Of a DNA stretch of 64,000 nucleotides, positions 48,664-57,900 are shown piece by piece. Each line of letters opens with the position of its first letter. Position 1 is the first letter of the stretch. Below the pieces are notes generated by a model that saw only the letters and a program-made list of their open reading frames with translations, was not told where the DNA came from and did no database searches. The position numbers and the translations under genes are program-made. Origin of the DNA: Candidatus Latescibacterota bacterium (GTDB lineage Bacteria; Krumholzibacteriota; Krumholzibacteriia; WVZY01). The stretch lies in the NCBI GenBank assembly GCA_011772205.1, contig WVZY01000076.1:114567-178566 (forward strand). The letters run 5' to 3'.

Positions 48664-49008
48664 TCAGGGGGGCAGCTTTGGCTTCTTGGCCCGTCTCGAT
48701 ATAGCAAGCAAGAATTTCTTGGGATCGAGATGCTTCCGGGCAAGGTCCAGTTCTGCAGTGTCGATATAGATTCCGAAGCAATCCCTGCACACCTCAAAAT
48801 AGATATCCAGGGATTTTTGCTCGAACATATCCCCACCACATTTTGGACATAGATTCCAGAAATGCGCCCATTGTGTCTCGAACCTTCGGAGATTTCGTTT
48901 TTCTGCTAGGCGTTTGCGGGATCGCTGGAACACCGGATCCTGCCCGCCCGACGTGGATTTTGGCTTTGATTTAGGCTTCTTCCGGCGTATATTACCCGAC
49001 GTCATATT
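48664..49008 (-). CDS. zinc-ribbon protein (TFIIB-type zinc finger, CPxCG…CxxC)
   Basis: From the internal Met MTSGNIRRKK: a basic N-terminus followed by CPKCGGDMFEQKSLDIYFEVCRDCFGIYIDTAELD, typical of zf-TFIIB-like bacterial proteins. Confidence 0.55.
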   Translation of the reverse strand, partial: NMTSGNIRRKKPKSKPKSTSGGQDPVFQRSRKRLAEKRNLRRFETQWAHFWNLCPKCGGDMFEQKSLDIYFEVCRDCFGIYIDTAELDLARKHLDPKKFLLAISRRAKKPKLPP

Positions 49009-49080
49009 TTCTCCCTCGTGTTGGAAACTAGTGGGATTTGATGCTAGCGGGGTATCGGCCGGTCTGTCAAGTTTCTCGGG

Positions 49081-49809
49081 ATGAATGATCCCTGGGCGAT
49101 CAAAAGGAGACAGGTCGTGAAAACGAAGCTGCAACAGGGACAAGCGCATCCTGCTAACTCCCGCTTTGCTCTTCGGGTCATAGAGGATATTGGCAAAGCC
49201 TTGGGCGGGGAAAAACTACCGTCCGTGTCCCGGCTCGCGCGCAAAAAGCGGGATCCCTTCAAAACTCTGATTTCGACCATGCTGAGCCTCCGGACCAAGG
49301 ATGATGTGACATCGGAAGCATCGAAAAAGCTGTTCGCAGTCGCTAGCTCTCCTGAAGAGCTTTCCCGGACGCCGGTGAGGGTGATCGAGAAGGCCATTTA
49401 CCCTATTGGCTTCTACAAAACCAAAGCACGCTCGATAAAAGAGATTTCCAGGCGTCTCATCAAGGAATATGACGGTGTCGTTCCGGACACGATCGAAGAG
49501 CTCCTCCGCTTCAAGGGAGTAGGTCGCAAAACGGCGAACTTGGTCGTGACGCTGGGTTATGGAAAACCGGGGATTTGCGTGGACACCCATGTCCATCGCG
49601 TCTCCAACCGTCTCGGAATCGTTGGGACAAGCTCACCGGAAAAGACCGAGTTTGCCCTCATGGAGGTTCTTCCGAAGGAATACTGGATCGGTTACAACGA
49701 GCTTCTAGTGAGCTTCGGCCAGCAAATTTGCAAGCCTATCTCCCCTCATTGTTCGAAGTGTCCTCTGGAAAGCGGATGTCCGAAAGTTGGAGTTGGCAAG
49801 CGGCGCTAG
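49081..49809 (+). CDS. nth: endonuclease III (HhH-GPD with [4Fe-4S] cluster)
   Basis: HhH-GPD motif (LLRFKGVGRKTANLV…VDTHVHRVSNRLG) and C-x6-C-x2-C-x5-C (CKPISPHCSKCPLESGC). The N-terminal start is uncertain. Confidence 0.82.
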   Translation: MNDPWAIKRRQVVKTKLQQGQAHPANSRFALRVIEDIGKALGGEKLPSVSRLARKKRDPFKTLISTMLSLRTKDDVTSEASKKLFAVASSPEELSRTPVRVIEKAIYPIGFYKTKARSIKEISRRLIKEYDGVVPDTIEELLRFKGVGRKTANLVVTLGYGKPGICVDTHVHRVSNRLGIVGTSSPEKTEFALMEVLPKEYWIGYNELLVSFGQQICKPISPHCSKCPLESGCPKVGVGKRR

Positions 49810-50312
49810 AGCGTCCTGGAGCGTGTTTTGGAAATGTCTTTGAACAGTATGATGCGGTCCAGCCCCGTATCGTAATAGTTTTGCTCCACACCAATCGATT
49901 GGAATCCCCGGTGATAATAAAACGCTCTGACCTTTTCGTACGGCTCGTAAGGCACGGTGTAGGAGAGTGTGGAGGTTACGAGCTTATAGATTCCCTTTTC
50001 ATCAAGAATGGTTTCGAGCGATTGTAGAAGGAGCGTCCCGAGCCCGAGACCATGGTAGTCTTCGTCCACACCCATCCAAAGGATTTCGGCCGTTTCACGG
50101 TCCCTCAGCGTGTAGACGAGAAATCCGATGACATTCTTCCCTGTCGTGCCGATGATCGTAGGCTGCGTTTTGAGAAGGGCTTCGAGAACCGGGAGCGAGT
50201 TCTTTGGAAAGAATTTCTCCAGCGATTCGGCAAGCAGAAGGACATCTTGGCGGTCCTTCGCCTCCATCGGCTGGATTTGGAATTGCTCGATCGGTTGGGA
50301 TGTCATGAACAC
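49806..50312 (-). CDS. GNAT family N-acetyltransferase
   Basis: 168 aa with acetyl-CoA motif A-like VDEDYHGLGLGTLLL. 4-nt overlap with nth. Confidence 0.65.
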   Translation of the reverse strand: MFMTSQPIEQFQIQPMEAKDRQDVLLLAESLEKFFPKNSLPVLEALLKTQPTIIGTTGKNVIGFLVYTLRDRETAEILWMGVDEDYHGLGLGTLLLQSLETILDEKGIYKLVTSTLSYTVPYEPYEKVRAFYYHRGFQSIGVEQNYYDTGLDRIILFKDISKTRSRTL

Positions 50313-50477
50313 CGTACTTGCGAGTCAATCGTTTAATTGATGGGCCTCTTGGAATCTGGTACTATTTTACTCCGAATTGCGGGATAATTCAAGCTGGATG
50401 GAAGCAAGCGAACCAGCTTGAAAATGCTGGCAAGAGAGTGGATTGGCCTTGAACTCCATAAATCGAGAGAGGTTGGG

Positions 50478-51461
50478 ATGAAACGGCTACAGGCGGTATC
50501 TCTGTTTGTTGTGATTCTTTCGTTATGGTTATTGGGGTGCTCGGGAAAAAACGGGCGACAATCGAAAGTCTCCTTTCCGGACAGTATCGTGGATTCAGAG
50601 CTGCTTGCGACGGTGAACAACTACCCAATCCGGGGCAGTGACGTGAGGGTCTTCGCGGCTATGTCCAGCTCCGGGAAGTGGGAGTCGGAATCTATCAGGG
50701 AGTATAACGAAAGATTGTTGGAGCAATTCATCCGGCGGATCCTGCTTTGGCAGGAGGCCGTGGCAATGAGCATATCCGTTGAGGACTCCACCGTTCAGAC
50801 AGTGTTCATGAATTTGATGCGGTCCATGGGTGGGGGAGAGGCGCTTTTGAGAATGCTTAACGAATCCGGCATCGAGAGGGAGGATCTGCTTCAAAGCATC
50901 CAGCGCGATCTGGTAATAAGGGAGTTCTTGGAAACGCGGTTCTCACCTGGTGCAGCGGTGGGGGAGGAGGAGGCACGTAGGTTTCACGAGGTGAACAGAG
51001 GCAGGTTTTATACGCCTGATAGCGTTCGAGCGCGGCATATTTTGGTACAAGTCAGCCCGTCAGACAATGATTCGATCCAAAGGGTGAAGAGAGGCAGAAT
51101 CGAGAAGATCCTGGAGGAGGTGCAAGCAGGCGGCGATTTTGCAACTCTGGCCGAGCAGCATTCGGAGGGTCCCTCCAGAGTCCGTGGAGGGGATTTGGGA
51201 TACTTTGTAAGAGGAACAATGGTGCAGCCTTTCGACAGCGTCGCTTTCGCTCTGGCACCTGGAGAGGTCAGCGATGTCATTCTAACGAGGTTCGGCTACC
51301 ACATTATCAAAGTCGAAGATAAAAGGGGAGGGAGGTTTCTTGCTTTCGAAGAAATCAAGGACTCGCTGATCGTTACTCTTCGACAGCAGAAGCTTGCTTA
51401 TAACGTTCAAAACCACTTGAAGGAGATCTACGACCTCGCCATAATAGAGAGAAATTATTAG
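50478..51461 (+). CDS. parvulin-type peptidyl-prolyl isomerase, lipoprotein (PrsA/SurA-like)
   Basis: Start at MKRLQAV with a GAGAGG ribosome-binding site. LLGCSG lipobox. PpiC domain (RARHILVQ…GGDLGYF…GYHIIKVED). Confidence 0.78.
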   Translation: MKRLQAVSLFVVILSLWLLGCSGKNGRQSKVSFPDSIVDSELLATVNNYPIRGSDVRVFAAMSSSGKWESESIREYNERLLEQFIRRILLWQEAVAMSISVEDSTVQTVFMNLMRSMGGGEALLRMLNESGIEREDLLQSIQRDLVIREFLETRFSPGAAVGEEEARRFHEVNRGRFYTPDSVRARHILVQVSPSDNDSIQRVKRGRIEKILEEVQAGGDFATLAEQHSEGPSRVRGGDLGYFVRGTMVQPFDSVAFALAPGEVSDVILTRFGYHIIKVEDKRGGRFLAFEEIKDSLIVTLRQQKLAYNVQNHLKEIYDLAIIERNY

Positions 51462-51471
51462 ACAGAAGTGG

Positions 51472-51546
51472 GGGCTTAACTCAGCGGGAGAGTGCTACCT
51501 TCACACGGTAGAAGTCACTGGTTCAAATCCAGTAGCCCCCACCATT
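51472..51546 (+). tRNA. tRNA-Val (CAC)
   Basis: Manual fold: acceptor GGGGGCT/AGCCCCC, anticodon loop TTCACAC, T loop TTCAAAT, CCA encoded, followed by a T-run. Confidence 0.8.
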
Positions 51547-51611
51547 TTTTCTCATGTTCCCTGGTAAATCACCATCCGTTTAGGCGCTGTTTTCACACGT
51601 GCGTCTCGCAA

Positions 51612-54047
51612 TCATCGTGCTTCGGCCTCGCCGGGTCCCTCAGAGCCGCCCACTTGTGAGTTCTGATTGGAGATCGTCGAGTTCGAGTCGGTCCCAATGG
51701 GTGCGTCGATCGGTATTCCCTCATCAATGAACCACTTGAGCAGTTTGGCCTTCCGGATGATTTCCGCTTCGCCCGTGGAGGATAACAGGATGCTTACAAA
51801 TCCTTCCGCCCTCGCCGTCTCACCTAATCGCGCCAGGGTGAGCGCGGTACCGTAAAGCGCTTCAGGATTGTCGGGAGCGTAACCGACGATGGTCATGTAG
51901 ACGTCCCTTGCATCCTCCAGACGGCCTAGACGCGTGAGGCTCGTTGCCTGCCCGAGCCGTGCAGCGGTGAAATGCGGTGCCTGGTTGACGCACGCGTTGA
52001 AGAGACCGAGCGCCGTCGAGTCGTTGCCTGCTTCGTGTTCGTTTCTGGCGTTCCCGTACAATAGCATGAGGTTAGTGATTCGTTCGTGAAAAAGCTCGAG
52101 GCTATCGTTATTCCGCACGAGAATCTCGTACTGGTAAATTGGTGGATGGTCGGTGGAAAAGATCGGCTTGATGTGGTCCGTAACCTCGAACAAGCGGTGC
52201 CCGTCGTTCTCGTAGACAAGAGCGAACCGCTTGAGCGCTTCAGGGAAAAAGTGCATCTTGTAAGCCACCGAAGCAGGAATAAGCTGTTTTCGGCCGCAAA
52301 GATAACGGGGAGAGAATGTTGTTCCGTCGAGTGCCAATTCGACCGAGTATAAGACATATTCAACCCCGTTTGCCCGGCAGGTTCTATAGAGCTCTTCTTC
52401 GCTTCCGTAATATTTTCCAAGCATCTCGACGGTTTTTTCGATCGTCTCCCTGGATGTTCCCCCCGAAAACAACAGCGTCGTTCGTCCTCCGAAGGTGGAG
52501 AGAAGGGATGAAATAGCCGGGAGACCCAATATTGGATCTCTCACGGATGTTCGGGTGAGCAGGAAGCGAACGAGGTTCCTGTCAGGATTCCCAATGCTTA
52601 CCCGAAGGAAATCTCCGCCGATCGGATTTAACCCGGCCCGCCGCGCGATCCACCGGGATAGGTCCAGTCTACCGTCAGGCGATAACGTCTGCGCCAGAAT
52701 GAGGATCGCTCCCAACGCTATGAACGCACTCCGTTTCTTCAAGTGTCGACCGATGGCGTAAAAGGACAGGGCGACCAGAGGAAATGCTCCAATCACAGAA
52801 AGCGGAAGCCCGCTTCTGTCGAAAAAGTAGAGCCCCCAGATAAGAAGAGCCGCGACAACGGCTGGAATCAAGATGTTTGGGGGCTTCCTTCGAGTTGCAG
52901 TGACGCTGGTGGGGGGCGGCGTTGGGAGTGACGTTTCTTTTTGGAAAGACAGCGCGCCGGAGACCATCGCGGGAATCAAGAACAGAAAGGGGAAAAGAGC
53001 GATGAAGATATTGAATTCGGAAGGCGCTGCATGCTCTTTTGACCAAACGTAGCGAACTGCATCGGGGAGAGTCGAGGGATCGATCGGTTTAGCCGCCAGG
53101 TAACGGAGCCTGTAATAGACGTACTGAAGAGCGGGAAAAGATCTCGACGCACCGAATTGGAGCGGTCGAAATATCGCTGAAAGGATCAGCGCTCCCACGA
53201 TCACGTAGAGCATTCCTGGCCAAAAGCGTCTTTCCTTCAGAGGCAGCTTTCCAGCGAAGAAGGCGTAAAGCACTGCAGAATAGACGAGTGACGCCGGCAC
53301 TGCAAATGCAACTCGATGGGCGCTGAGGTACGGGAGCAGCAAGGCTCCGGCAACGAAAAAAACTCCATGAAGGGAGAGCAGGATGCGTTTGTTTCTAAGG
53401 TTTTCTTCAGGCCATATGGCATAGAGGAGAGCGAATATGGCGATGTAATAGACCGAGGCTTCCCACATGGTAAGGAGAACAAAGAAAGACAGGGCAGCGG
53501 TTACCGCAACGGGGATCGTAAATCGATTTTTCAAGCGGAGGATGAGGAAAAGGTGCAGGCTCACTAGAACGGCGGCGTATTGGACGTGGAGAAAAGTAGT
53601 TCCGTTTGTGTCATCTATGAGGGGACTGGAAAGCGCGACGAGGAAACCGGCGAAAAGCGCTCCAGCCTGGCTTCGCCACAAAGTGTACGAGAGAGCGTAC
53701 AGGGTGAAAACGAGAAGCGACGAAAACAGCCTTGTGAATTGCCTTACGAATTGTCGCTCATCTGCTTCACTGAAATACCTGACCAGTCTGTATACGTAGC
53801 CGGTGAAATACTCTACTCCAAGGGGCCTTTCCAAAGCAGGCCGTACTCCTTCCGGCCAGGCTGCTTTCTGATCCAGAACGGGGGCGGATCCCGTCTGGCT
53901 GATGCTGACCATGTACCTGTAGTTGGTCGCGGAGACGCCGTCGAAATAGGGGTATTTCGATTTGTCGGCACTGGCAACACGTATGATGACGGACACTGCG
54001 TACAGCAGGACTAGGGAAGCTATAATGAAGTACTTGGGCAGTTTCAT
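51612..54047 (-). CDS. large polytopic membrane protein with C-terminal TPR repeats (GT-C-like glycosyltransferase or TMTC/PMT-like candidate)
   Basis: About 15 predicted TMs over ~600 aa, then TPR-like repeats (…ALGLFNACVNQAPHFTAARLGQATSLTRLGRLEDARDVY…). Confidence 0.5.
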   Translation of the reverse strand: MKLPKYFIIASLVLLYAVSVIIRVASADKSKYPYFDGVSATNYRYMVSISQTGSAPVLDQKAAWPEGVRPALERPLGVEYFTGYVYRLVRYFSEADERQFVRQFTRLFSSLLVFTLYALSYTLWRSQAGALFAGFLVALSSPLIDDTNGTTFLHVQYAAVLVSLHLFLILRLKNRFTIPVAVTAALSFFVLLTMWEASVYYIAIFALLYAIWPEENLRNKRILLSLHGVFFVAGALLLPYLSAHRVAFAVPASLVYSAVLYAFFAGKLPLKERRFWPGMLYVIVGALILSAIFRPLQFGASRSFPALQYVYYRLRYLAAKPIDPSTLPDAVRYVWSKEHAAPSEFNIFIALFPFLFLIPAMVSGALSFQKETSLPTPPPTSVTATRRKPPNILIPAVVAALLIWGLYFFDRSGLPLSVIGAFPLVALSFYAIGRHLKKRSAFIALGAILILAQTLSPDGRLDLSRWIARRAGLNPIGGDFLRVSIGNPDRNLVRFLLTRTSVRDPILGLPAISSLLSTFGGRTTLLFSGGTSRETIEKTVEMLGKYYGSEEELYRTCRANGVEYVLYSVELALDGTTFSPRYLCGRKQLIPASVAYKMHFFPEALKRFALVYENDGHRLFEVTDHIKPIFSTDHPPIYQYEILVRNNDSLELFHERITNLMLLYGNARNEHEAGNDSTALGLFNACVNQAPHFTAARLGQATSLTRLGRLEDARDVYMTIVGYAPDNPEALYGTALTLARLGETARAEGFVSILLSSTGEAEIIRKAKLLKWFIDEGIPIDAPIGTDSNSTISNQNSQVGGSEGPGEAEAR

Positions 54048-54078
54048 TCCGGATCGATTCGTTTGATGTGACGTTTCA

Positions 54079-54852
54079 TTAATATCCGGTGGGGGCGGAA
54101 ATGAATTTGCAGACTATCGGAAATCGCTCTCGAATATGTCTCGCCAGCGCTTTCAGGCCCACGGTTTCGCTCGCATAATGCCCCGCGTAGATCACGTTGA
54201 CGCGCGCCTCCTTGGCGAAATGATACACTACGTGCGATGTCTCACCCGTGATCAGCGTATCACAACCTTCTTCCTTTGCATTGGTGGCGAGAAAACCGGC
54301 ATCACCCGACACGATGCCGACCTTTTTCACCCCCCGAGGACCAAAGGGAAGCATCTCCACCTGTGCTTCAAGCTTTTTCTCTAATCTCTTCACAAGTTCT
54401 TCTCGACGCAAGACTTTTTCAGGTCTGGCAATCACGCCGATTTTGGTTCCTTTGTAAGAACCGAATTTTCCGAGATTCTCGAAGCCGAGGATTCTCGAGA
54501 GCTCGACGTTGTTTCCCACCACGTCGTGACCGTCCAGGGGCAAATGTGACGCGTAAAGTGAGATCCCGTTCGCCAGGAGAGCAAGAATGCGTTCGCGCAT
54601 CACACCGATTATGCGTTGATGAGTTCCGCTCCAGAACAAACCGTGGTGCACGATGAGAATGTTAGCCCGATTTCGAGCAGCAGCACGAATCGTTTTGAGG
54701 CAGGCATCTACCGCAAAAGATGCTCTTGAGATTCTGGCGGAACCCTCCACCTGCAGGCCGTTAACCGAGTCATCCGTGATGGAAGTAACGGACAAGTACT
54801 CGTTGAGATAGCGGATCAAGCGATCTCGCGAAACGGATTTTTCCTTTGCCAT
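54079..54852 (-). CDS. Nif3-like dinuclear metal-centre protein (GTP cyclohydrolase 1 type 2 homologue)
   Basis: NIF3-family motifs (ILIVHHGLFW…, LYASHLPLDGH, IYAGHYASE). Confidence 0.8.
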   Translation of the reverse strand: MAKEKSVSRDRLIRYLNEYLSVTSITDDSVNGLQVEGSARISRASFAVDACLKTIRAAARNRANILIVHHGLFWSGTHQRIIGVMRERILALLANGISLYASHLPLDGHDVVGNNVELSRILGFENLGKFGSYKGTKIGVIARPEKVLRREELVKRLEKKLEAQVEMLPFGPRGVKKVGIVSGDAGFLATNAKEEGCDTLITGETSHVVYHFAKEARVNVIYAGHYASETVGLKALARHIRERFPIVCKFISAPTGY

Positions 54853-54946
54853 GTTCTGCCCCTTTGATGGAGTTCATGCACTCCGGCGGAAAACATGTCG
54901 CACTGCTCCCCCAGAGTGTGCACGTCTTTACCGGAACGGATTCCGG

Positions 54947-57900
54947 CTATTGCATTCTGTCGTAATCTCTTAAACGCACATACAGCGTTGGCTTGGTGAT
55001 ACCGAGAAGCTCGGCTGCCTTGGTCTTTCCTCCCACAAAATCGACCATTTTTTTGGCGAGAATGGGCTCGACTTGCTGAAGCAACGGGTTGGCTTTGGAG
55101 TAGGTGCTTCGCTCGATGATCTGCTGGATGAGCGCCTCGAGGCTTTTGTGCGGCTGGCCTCCCGATTCGGATACCTTTTCCAGGAAGTCCTCAGGCAGTG
55201 AACCGGGATGAATCACGTCGTCATCGGATAGCAACACGATTTGTTCGATTAAGTGCTGGAGCTCCCGCACGTTTCCTTCCCATGGGGCTTTCTGGAGAAT
55301 CCTTATTGCGTCCGGAGCAATTGTCTTTCGGAGTACTCCGCTTTCAGAGCATCGTTTTTCCAAATAATCCAGCGCGATGGCAACGATGTCTTCTTTTCTA
55401 TCGCGCAGAGGTGGTATCCGGATTTGAAGGACGTTCAACCGGTAATATAAATCCTTTCTGAACTTTCCCTGCTCGCAGAGTTCTTCCAGGTCTTCATTGC
55501 TGGCCGCGATGATGCGAACATTCGAATGGATCTTTTTCGTTCCACCGACGCGATTGAAGCTCTTGCTTTCGAGGAAGTTCAGTAGCTTTGTCTGTATCGT
55601 CATCGGAATGACATTGACATCGTCGAGAAAAACCGTCCCCCCGTCCGCTTTCTCGCACAAACCGAGTTTGCGCGCCACTGCGCCGGTGAAGGCACCTTTT
55701 TCGTGTCCGAAGAGCTCACTTTCGAGAAGGCTTTCGGGGATCTGAGCACAGTGGATGTCCTGGAACACCTTGTGGGATCTGGGGCTGTTGTAATGAATTG
55801 CCCGCGCAAGCTCCGTTTTGCCCGTGCCGCTTTCGCCGATGATGAGGATACCGGTGTCTATGTCCTTGACTTTTTCGATGGTCCGGAAAATTTTTCTCAT
55901 CGATTCACTCTTGCCGATGAGGTTCTCGAAGCGGTACTGATCTTCGACCTGCGCTTTGAGGGCCACGACTTCCTCCACCAAGCGTTCCTCTTTGTGAACG
56001 TGCTCTTCGAGATGGAACATCAGCGTCAAGATCCCGGAAATATGTCGACCAAGGGCTGTGAAAAAGTTCAAGTTGTCTTTTGAAACGGGGAGCGAATCCT
56101 GAGGCATATAGAAGAGGAGGCACCCCAAATCTTCCCTTATTGCTTTGAGCGGGATACACACAAATCCTCCCCCTCCCACATCAATCTGGGGTGCGAGATC
56201 CAACGCGTCTGGTGAGCTGCTTTCCAAAACGCGACCCAGAAGGAGCGTTCTGTTCATTAGTTCCGTCAGGCCCTCATCCTGAAGAGATTTCTCCCTGCCT
56301 CCCGCGTCGATAACAGCGAATCGACCGTCTTCTCTCTTGAGAATGAGGCGGCATTCGTCGGGACCAATGATATTCCGGGTGAGGTCCAGAATTCGTCTGA
56401 AGCACTCATTCCTGTCGAAGGGGGGTTCGAAGAGCAGGCTGAGCTCGTAAAAGGCTTTGAGGAGATTCTGGGTTTGGCTCCCTGCGATGTAGGTCCGCGC
56501 AGGATGCGCCCTGATCTCCTCACGAAGAGTGATGATCTCCTCCGGAACCTCATGACCGAAGTCTGAGTGGATCTGGCGCTCTGCCCTGTCCAGGTATTGC
56601 ATCGCGTCGAATGTGTTGGCGCCGCGAGCGTGAAGGAGCCCAATCTTCGCGAGCGCCGCTGCAGCGAGACGGTTGTTCGATAATGTTGTAAAGGCGCTCG
56701 CAGCTTTTTCATAGTATTCCAGCGCCTCCATCAGCTTGTTCTGCTCTGTTTCCAGGTCTCCCAATATCATGTTGATTTGCGCGCTCTCGTATTTTGAGCC
56801 GATCAGCGTGGCGAGCTCCGATGCTTTTTCAACGTGCTCTCGTGATTTGGCATACATTTTCTGCGTGAGGTAGAGGGTGGAAAGCCGCCTGTGAGAGCCA
56901 AGCTCTACGTTTGTCGATCCGAGTTCGCGCGATATTCGTAGGGAGTCCAGAAAGTATTTTTCGGCTTCCAGATATTGATCCCGGACGGTGGCAATAGCTC
57001 CCAGCGTGTTGTAAATCTCTGCTGTGAGCATGGCTATGCCCAGCTTGGAGCTGATTGCCATGCTGTCCATGCACCGTTTTTCCGCTTCCTCATAATCGTG
57101 CATTTCATAAGAGAGAAGGGCGAGATTTAGGTAAGCGGCGGCTATTCCCACCCGATTGTTTTGCCGCTGTTTGATCTCGAGGCTCTTTTTATAATATTCG
57201 AGAGCTTTATCGTATTCACCTTTGGTTTGATAGGCGAGGGCAAGGTTGTTGTAGCTGCCCGAGAGCGCATTGATGTCGCCGGCGTTCTCTCGGAGCATGG
57301 CGCTCCTGTTGTAGTATCGGATTGCCTCGTCATAACGGCTCGTGTTGAATTGGACCACTCCTGTCAGGTTGAGTGCCTGGGCAACGATGAGCGGGTATTG
57401 ACTCGGATTGAGAGTTGTGAGACTGAGCTTGCAGCACTCGAGGGAATTTTCATAGTTGCCAAGGCGGTAATGGAACCAGCCGATATCATTTAGAAGCTGC
57501 GCCTGCTCTGGCAGCGGGAGCGCTGACTGAAGCTCTTCCCTGACGGCACTGAGAAGGTCGAGGGATCTCTTGTATTCTCCTCTGGACTCCCAGGTATCGG
57601 CCAGCAAACGGCATATGCTGCTTGCGATCTCTGCGTTCTCGCGCCTACCCTCGATTCCCACCTCATCGAGGTTTTGCTTGGCAGTGAGCAGCAAGTTTTC
57701 GGCCTCCCCTGACCGTCCCTTGTCGATCAGATCGATGCTCGCCTCGCGGAGAATAAAGAGCTTGTCGGCTATGGCAAGCGCCTTGTGAAGTCCTCGGTGA
57801 ATGAGTTTCATGCAGTGCTCGAGAATGAGCGCATCCCTGTTGTCACGCCTCGTCTCTCTCAGATAGGACACGCAGTGCTCCGCGGCAAGATGTGTTTCCT

